Part shown: in pieces, positions 56,452 to 64,000 of the stretch | Numbering within the stretch: the stretch's first letter is position 1 | How the letters are laid out: every line of letters starts with the position of its first letter | Notes under the pieces: model-generated | Seen by the model: only the letters and a program-made list of their open reading frames with translations | The model's database searches: none | What the model was told of the DNA's origin: nothing | Translations under genes and position numbers: made by a program | NCBI GenBank assembly: GCA_016748015.1 | Contig: JAAOMT010000012.1 | Location: 124,001 to 188,000 of the forward strand | DNA length: 64,000 nucleotides | Direction: 5' to 3' | Source of the DNA: Geosiphon pyriformis uo1 | Taxonomy: Eukaryota; Fungi; Glomeromycota

Positions 56452-56599
56452 ATGCTTTTTATAATCCAAACATAATCATGCAGAATGGAGATTTGGACCT
56501 AGACTCAACATATCATGTTTTAAAAATACTAATTATAAATGGTAATGCACCCAACCCAATGTAAACAAAACTGTACACAATACAATATATTTCTAACTT

Positions 56600-57620
56600 C
56601 TTGAAGAATATTTATTAAGCTGTCACACAATTAACTTGATAAGCTTTGAAAACATGATCACTTAAAAGAGGTATTAGAAAGTTAATAATAGATAATAGTT
56701 GTGATTTTATTAACAGATTTATATTTTTTAATAATTTGCTTCTTTACTTATTACTGGAATTGGTTTCCAAGTACCTAACAATGTTTTCTTAATTTGTCTT
56801 GTTTTAAAAAAGTCTATTCTTTTCATTCGTGCAATTTTACTGAATTTTTTTATTTCTTCACTTAATATCCATTTATGGCTAATATCACAAAAAACACAAT
56901 TAGAGACATTTGGATTTACAAACTGTGTCTTTCTTATCTGAACTTGAAATCAATTTGATTCAGCAATAAAGCTAGGATGTATATGAGACCTGTATATTTT
57001 ACTTTTAGAATATCCAATAACATTAAAAAAGTTAGTATGCAATCTCTCAAATTTGATACAGTTATGTGCTGCAATTTCTCAATGCCATTGTAAAAATGTA
57101 GAAGGAATCAATAATTTGAGCATTTTCTTAATTTTTTCAAGTATTGCATCATGGCCTTAATGTTAATTTAAAAGTTTAGATTGAGAAATTACAATTCTTT
57201 CTTGAATCAGCTTGCAAACTTCAGACTTCAATTATAGTCATTGTTCTTTATCAGCAATTTCAATTAATTGGTAAATAAAATAGTGCCAAGCAGACCAAAT
57301 TGGTACAAACATTTGTCTAACTGCAAGTCTTAATAAAGACCTATTGAAACAAACTCCAATGGAAAATTTAATAATTGCTTGTAAATAAAAAAAGACTTGT
57401 TTATACTTTAACCTGAATGTAGAATCTATTTCATTTTGAGTCCATTCTAAGTAACCTTCAACAGATGAATTTTCCTTAGAAACAATATATGGTCATATTA
57501 ATTTAGAAGCTATTGCATGCCTATATATATTACATATCAAATTCTACGACTTATAATGATCAGAACATTTTTTAAAAAACTGCAGTTGACTTTCATTCCA
57601 ATATTCCTAACATTATGTAA
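56600..57620 (-). pseudogene. Decayed ORF, possibly the C-terminal half of an Academ/DUF6589-like transposase
   Basis: Reads through a few stops and shifts: LQFFKKCSDHYKS...YRHAIASKL...YLEW...YLQAIINF...GHDAILEKIKK...EIAAHNC. Family assignment is from recalled similarity only. Confidence 0.45.
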
Positions 57621-57794
57621 AGTATTTTATATTGATATTTCAATTGATATAAGTATTGCTGTGTTTAGAAGGCTTGACAACATGACATTGTATTATTTTC
57701 TATGTGATTATGCAAGTATGTGAAGAATCAAATTAACAGTCTTCATTATTGATTATCAGTTGGGATTAAGAGGCAAAAAGTGTTGTAAATGCAT

Positions 57795-58436
57795 TGTTAC
57801 GATTGAAACACATAGTTTTTATTAATTATCACATGTATTAGCCACTAATGTCATATAATTAGCCACCCTATTTTTAGATAGTAATCATTGATCTGATCAT
57901 TAACCTGGTCATTGACCACTTTAGATAGCTATATAAATGATGATTCCCTTAGCTGTAAAAAGACATGATCAAAGTAATAAAATAAACAATATCAATTACT
58001 TCTTTTCATAATTGCTTATTCCTCTTTTCTTATCTTCAAGTATCTACTTGTTGGCATTCACATATCTTATCTTTTCTCCTTCTTGATTTGTATTTGTTAG
58101 AATTAACCTGAAAAGCAATTGGCTTGCTCTTGTAATTCATTGAATAAAGAAACAATTGAAAAGTACAACAATACCTGTTATTGATTCTAAGAATCACCGA
58201 GTTGAGGCATAAAATAATAGCAGTGGTGTTATCTTGTTGACAATCACGGACTATTCCTCTACCTTCAGATTTAAGAAAAGACTAGCGACTGTGATTTTTA
58301 TGAGACTGATCACACATCTTGAATTCCTATTTATTCAATTCGCTCCCTTATTGTAATTTTTTCTTTGTTTATTTCCATTGCCATACAATACTGTTTTCTT
58401 TTGCTATTTGTTAGCTTGTTACTCCAACCCATAACA
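57795..58436 (+). mobile_element. Solo LTR (642 bp, different family), 4-bp TSD GCAT
   Basis: TGTTAC...TAACA; GCAT at 57791-57794 and 58437-58440; TATATAAA near 57930; AATAAA near 58143. Confidence 0.8.
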
Positions 58437-58675
58437 GCATTATCAAAATTAGGTTTTTTTTTACTGAGAATTTGTGATTTGCACTTAGAATCCTACAGTT
58501 GTATTAAAACCTTCATTTTTATAATTTGGCTGCTTTTTATAATCTGAGGCACCTCATATGACATAAGACACTTCACATGTCCAATTAGATATAAGGCAAA
58601 ATAATGTTTGAGACATAACAGATATATCAATGCATTATAAAAGCAAAATGCAATAAAAAGTGTGTTCTTATTAAC

Positions 58676-60228
58676 ATGCCAAAAAATGTGAACCAAAAGC
58701 GAGCAGCAATCTCCTTGGAGACTAAAAAAGCTCTCTGTCAGTACAAACTAAAGCATTCTAATTACTCAACAAATAGACTTATTAAAATATTTAATCTAAA
58801 GATTGACTGCTCTACAAAAATACTCACAAAATCAGACCAATGAATTGAAAAAAATGTATTTGGCAACTTTGGTCAATTGACAAAGGACAAGAAAGAGATG
58901 TTTCTAAAGATAAATAATGCATTGAGAGAATGAATGCTTGGAGCACTAACTACCAACTGCATTCTTACTGGAAAAATTTTACAAATAAAAGCTCTCAAGT
59001 TTGCTGAAAAGTTTTCAGAAGAAAATAACTTTAAAACATCAAATAGTTGGTTAGAAAAGTTCAAGAAACATCATAATTTGCATCATATTAAGATGTATAG
59101 CAAAGCAAATAGTATCCTCTTGGAAATTTTACCAGAAGAATGAGAAAAACTGCATGAGATTATTAGCAAATATGATCTAAATAATGTTTACAATACTGAT
59201 AAGACAGCATTATTCTTTAAAATGCCACCAAATACAACTTTGGCAACAAAATTTACTTCTGGAACCAAGCGTGATAAGAGTCAAATTACTATACTTCTTG
59301 CTTATAATGCAACAGGTAGCATCAAGTTGCAGCTTTTAATTATCGGTAAAGCTGCAAAGCCATAATGTTTTTGCAATATTAATATAAATACACTTTCAAT
59401 CACTTATTATTACAATACAAAAGCATAAATGCAAACTGATATTTTTAGTGAATGACTTAATTTATTAAATGAAGAAATGTGTTACAAGAAAAAAAAGATT
59501 TTACTATTGCTTAATAATGCTGGTTTTTATGGTAAAAAATCTTTAGTATTATCTAATATTATAATTAAATACCTACTATCCAATACAACATCCCATTTGC
59601 AACCATTAGATGCAAAAATTATTACATCTTTTAAGACACAATACTAAAAGTTGTTTCTTTTCCATCTTATTAATCAGTATGATGGCAAAATTCCAATATC
59701 AACAGTAACATTAAAGGATGTGATTGACTTTCTAATTGATGTATAGTCAATGGTAACAACAACTACAATTCAAAACTGTTGGCATTATACGGAAATTCTA
59801 AATAATAGTTAAATGCCAGCCCATCCATTAGATATTAAACAAAAACTCCTACAAGAAGTACAAGTTCTTATTGAGCATGTTGATATTGACAAGCTATTGG
59901 CAATAGATTTTATTAATATTGACAAGTTTGAACATTATTCACTTATGCCTCAGAGAATAAAATTATGGATCTTATTAACAACAAGTATAGTGGAAATTCT
60001 AATATAAATGAAGATTTAGAAAGTAAAAATGAAGATAAATCTTTGTCTTTGCTATCTACATATTAAGATTAAAACTGTATTTGAAAATACATTGCACTAT
60101 TGTGAAGAGCAGTATAATAAAAAAGTTGATTCAAACTTTTTTAAAACTTTGAAAACATTAATTCATAATACTGTTCTCAAAGTTTAAGAAAAGAAAAAAC
60201 AGTTGCAAATAAATAGCTTTTTTAAATA
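58676..60228 (+). pseudogene. pogo/Tigger (CENP-B-like HTH + DDE_1) transposase pseudogene
   Basis: MPKNVNQKRAAISLETKKALC; LTGKILQIKA...FKTSNSWLEKFKKHH; VYNTDKTALFF; ITILLAYNATG; KILLLLNNA; NTTSHLQPLDA. Confidence 0.9.
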
Positions 60229-60370
60229 AAATATATATAATTGGTTATTATATTATGCATGTAATATATAGATCATGTGATAAGATATTAATTATTTTTT
60301 ATAGTCTCATCTTTCTATAGTCATCACAAATGTGCTGATCAAAAGATGTGATTATAAAGAAAGTTCACTG

Positions 60371-60690
60371 TATACTTCTTTCTTATTGGTTATTTTTCTA
60401 CTTATTATGATTTTTATTTTTATAAGTAATAATAAAGTGAGTAGAAAAGAAAATTTGAATACAATATAAAAACTTTTACAAAATATTATAATTGTATTAG
60501 TTGATAAAGCATTTTCTAAACATTAGTATAGTAAAACCAAATGTTTTTCTAATAAACAATTATCAAAATTTTACAAATTAGAATTGCTTGTTACCAAATT
60601 GGTAAAATTTTTTAAGTTTGATAATATGTCTAAAACTAATTCTTTGTTTTATGCTTAATTAGTTTTTAATATAAAAAGAATTTTTAAAAT
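60371..60690 (+). pseudogene. LINE ORF2 mid-region remnant
   Basis: ...SKFYKLELLVTKLVK parallels SRFHKLELLVSKIIK in ORF 44533-45165. Confidence 0.7.
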
Positions 60691-60709
60691 GTAAATTTTT
60701 TTTTATCAT

Positions 60710-61184
60710 TTAATAAGTAAAACCCAAATGTCATCTAGTATAATATATTAAACTAAGTGATCTAAACTAGGTGCAAATTATGTATTTTTTATACATAACT
60801 AGTCACTTAGGCCAATTAAAGCAACACTATAGAACTATCTTAATAGATACTATATTATTAGTTCCAAAAAAAACTGCAAGGCTTGTGAAAACCAAAACTA
60901 ATATCATGTGTTTCCACAATACCAAATAATTTAACAACACTATTAAAAAGTAGTGATGAAAACTCATAGATCTTTAGAGGCACCAAACTATTACTTATAA
61001 TTAAACTTTTTTTTTCCATAATTACTCTAAATCTAGCTCTTATTAACCATATCTCTATTTAATAAGCCACTCTCAAATCTCTTATCAAGTCAATAATTAA
61101 CTTGCCAGCAATTTTAGTACAGCCAAAAATAGACAAAGTTTCTGAATACTAATATTTAAAAACAAAGTTTTTGTACAAAGCTGT
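60710..61184 (-). mobile_element. LINE 3'-end fragment
   Basis: Homologous to 41180-41650 (3' UTR plus ORF2 C-terminus). Confidence 0.75.
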
Positions 61185-62853
61185 TGTTACAGATAATTAT
61201 TTAGGGTGTTAAAACAAATAACAAACTTATAACTTGGTGCTTAATTGCTATAATAGTGGTAATTTCTGAAGATTTTTATGGTCTGAAGATTTTGGGTTGA
61301 GTCTTTTGTATAATAAACAGAGATTTAAGTATTGTTTTATTCATAGCTTTTCAGAATCACAATTTTGTCAAATTTTTTTCTCTGCATAATGGCCAGTAAT
61401 CTTTCTGGTAAGCTATTTTTAATTATAAGTGTTCTATCTTTGTTTTATGAGTCTTTTACCAGTTCTTTTGACATCAGTAATTCTGTACATTAATCTTTAA
61501 TCAATTAGTAAATAATAACAAAACAAAAAAGAAAAAAATAAATAAAGAAATAAGTCAAAGCAAGAAAGAGTTAATATCTTATCAATAGTTGTGATTAAGA
61601 ACTATTGGTCTAGTATAATTAAGTATCAACAATTATCAACATAAATTTGTTAATAGTGGAAAGATAAATTGTAATAATAACAAGTATTTTATTAATATTT
61701 GATGTTTTCACTTTAAGTTATAGAATACTATCATATAAAAAGATAGATATGAAATGAAACTGATGGTTCTAAACTAAAGATTTTGTCTTTTCTGCTTTTA
61801 ATACTACCACTATATATAAATAAATTTTATTGTACAAGATTCCTTGAATTTCTTAATTTTCTAACTAGAATTTCTGGAATTTCTGAAATTTTGGAATTTC
61901 TGGAATCCTGTAATTTCTTGAAAAAAATTCTGGGATTCTGGAATCTTGCAATTCTTTATACAAAAATCTTATAATTCTGAAATCCTGCAATTCCTCTTAG
62001 AAAAATTCTGGAATTCTACTTTTATTACACCTATTATAATTAGCTAATTTATGTACTAATATAATTTTTATATTCTATAAGTAACACTAATTTATTTTAG
62101 CAGTCATGTTTTTTTGATAAGCTATTTGTAAATTTTTTAAATTTTATATCCTTCCTTTGGAGTTTTTTATTAAACTATTTTTAATGTCAATTACTTAGTG
62201 CTTAATTTTTTCAATCAGTTAATAAATCAACAAACAACAAAAAAATAAAAGAAATAAAAGAAAATAAAGAAAATAAGAAAAGAAAATAAAAATTAATATC
62301 TTGTTAATAGCTATAATCAAGAGCTATTGTTTCAGTGTGGTTAAGTGTTGGATTTTATTAACATGGAATATTGATAAAGTAGAAATAATTAGTATTTTTT
62401 AATTAAGTGGTAATAATATGGATTCAAGTAGTAATTGATAATTTATTAATAAGTAATATGGATTTTGAACTGCTTTTAACTGCTTCTTAACTGGAAATTC
62501 TAACTGTGTATTTTAGCTATAAAGTTTAGCTATTCATCAATTCTGTTTTTTCTGCTTTTAACACTCTTACTATATATATATAATTGATATTTTACAAGAT
62601 CTTACACATTTGTAAGCAATGTGCTTTAATTTTTTGAGCAATGTTTACATTGCTGAATGATATGCCTTAATCTATTGACATTGCTTATATTGTTAAGCAA
62701 TATGTCATAATTCACTGATATAGCTCTTATTGCTAAGCAATGTGTCATAATTCATCAGCAATGTGCTTATATGCTCAATACTATTTTTTTATTGGTCTAT
62801 TTTCCTATCTGTTTTTCCTATTATTTCTTTTATACTTTTTTTTATGAGTAACA
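61185..62853 (-). mobile_element. Composite of one full LTR (61185-62086) and one partial LTR (62087-62853), flanked by CTGT
   Basis: TGTTAC start; GTAACA ends at 62086 and 62853; CTGT at 61181-61184 and 62854-62857; homologous to 3600-4432. Confidence 0.65.
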
Positions 62854-63153
62854 CTGTCATTTTTCTTATAGTTAAAGCTGGTTTTTTTAATCAAATACTT
62901 TTTTTTCATATTAACACTGTTAGACTTGATAGTGTTACCAGCTTTTGAATTTCATAAATAATTATTTAGTTTTTTAGCAGAAATCTTTTTGTTACTAATA
63001 CTGTCTTTTAAAGTACCACTTCTTTTTTTTTTCTAAATAAGACAGGTTTAATACTGATATTAAAACCAAAATTCTTAAAAGTCTTTTTCATAATAGTAAT
63101 ACTAGAGCCAATAGTGGCTTTGTAATCAAGCAAAAATAATTTGAATTTATTGT
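62854..63153 (-). pseudogene. Probable LINE ORF1 N-terminal remnant (another family)
   Basis: Decayed Lys/Asn-rich reading (MKKTFKNFGFNISIKPVLFRKKK...); assignment is inference. Confidence 0.45.
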
Positions 63154-64000
63154 TGTTATAAGTAATTATTTGAGATGTTAATGTAAATAACAAACTTGTA
63201 ATTTGGTGTTCAATAACTGGTACAGTTAATAATATTTAAAAGTTTTGGTATTTGAAAATTTTAGTTAAGTTCTTTGTATAATAAACAGAAATTCAATGCT
63301 GATATCTTGTTGTAATGTTTCTAATTTTTTTTCCAACTCTTGAGTTGGTATGCTTTAGTATCCATAGTTTCCCAGAATGTCTATTCTGTTAATTTTTTTT
63401 TTAGCTTAATAACTAATATCTTCTGATAAGTTATCTTCAATTTTGAATGTCTACTCTTATTCTTGAGTCTTTTATCAATTTTTTTTAACATTAGTACTCC
63501 ATGCATTAATCCTTTAATCAGTTAGCAAATTAATAAAACAACAAATAAAATAAAATAAAATAAAAAAAAAAAATAAAAAAAAAAATAAAAAAAAAATTAA
63601 TATCTCATTAATAGCCATGATCAAAAGTTATTGTTTTAATATGGTTAAGTATTGGATTTTATTAACATAAAATGTTAATAGAGTAGATATAATTAATATT
63701 TCTTAATTAAGTAATGATAACATAGATTCAAGTAGTAATTGATATTTTATTGATAAATAATTTAATTCTGCTTCAAGTTGTAGAAAACTACCTTTTAAAA
63801 AAAAAATAAGATATAATTAATGTGTCAAGTATTAATTCTGAACTGGATTCTAACTGGAAATTCTGTCTTTTCTGTTTCTAATACTCTTGCTATATATACA
63901 TAATTAATGTTCTATAAGATTTCATATATTTATGAGCAATGTGTCATTATTTCTTAAACAATATTTACATTGTTAAGCAGTGTATTCTAATTTACTGACA
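63154..64000 (-). mobile_element. Another LTR of the 3600/61185 family, running off the window edge
   Basis: TGTTA start; colinear with the 61185 and 3600 copies. Confidence 0.7.

Larger units (their letters stand above)
46698..56563 (+). pseudogene. Unknown ORF remnant split by the Ty3 insertion (46698-47415 + 56456-56563)
   Basis: Removing the Ty3 and one TSD rejoins ...GANKSMLNA|FYNPNIIMQNGDLDLDSTYHVLKILIINGNAPNPM* in frame. Confidence 0.6.
46653..58597. mobile_element. Putative unclassified TIR element (about 2.3 kb without LTR inserts) nested in the pogo 5' region
   Basis: Inverted repeat CTTATATTTAATTAGACATGT (46655-46675) vs reverse complement of 58575-58595, 19/21; removing it restores a normal-sized pogo. 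No TSD found. Confidence 0.5.
46424..60370 (+). mobile_element. pogo/Tigger DNA transposon (about 2 kb once nested inserts are removed)
   Basis: TIRs CAGTGAACTTTCTCTATAGTC (46424-46444) and reverse complement of 60350-60370 match 19/21; TA on the right flank, TG on the left; recurring subterminal TATAGTC. Confidence 0.85.

Overview
AT-rich eukaryotic (fungal) DNA with short spliceosomal introns. Gene content and transposon types suggest an early-diverging fungus, probably Glomeromycotina; this is inference. The left half (about 1-32 kb) holds intact intron-containing genes: PPC decarboxylase, an HMG-box protein, a G-protein gamma subunit, homocitrate synthase, LSM1, SPO11, TAF1, acetyl-CoA synthetase, DGAT1 and a BTB/POZ protein. 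Several are nearly invisible in the ORF track and were spliced by hand. SPO11 needs one U12-type AT-AC intron and two GC-AG introns. The right half (about 34-64 kb) is decayed transposons: APE-RT-RNaseH LINEs and a four-level nest. In that nest a LINE holds a pogo/Tigger element, which holds an unclassified TIR element with two convergent ORF remnants, which holds a full-length Ty3/gypsy and a solo LTR. Four remnants of a third LTR family are also present. The Ty3 element is unusual: a single-frame gag-PR-Cys-rich-dUTPase-RT-RH polyprotein, integrase in a separate frame, a 10-bp phased array in U3, and an 18-bp U5 hairpin that pairs with its own primer-binding site. An echo of that anti-PBS motif appears in another LTR family. 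Repeats, but not genes, show heavy C>T/G>A decay. All calls are from manual reading; no database searches were run.
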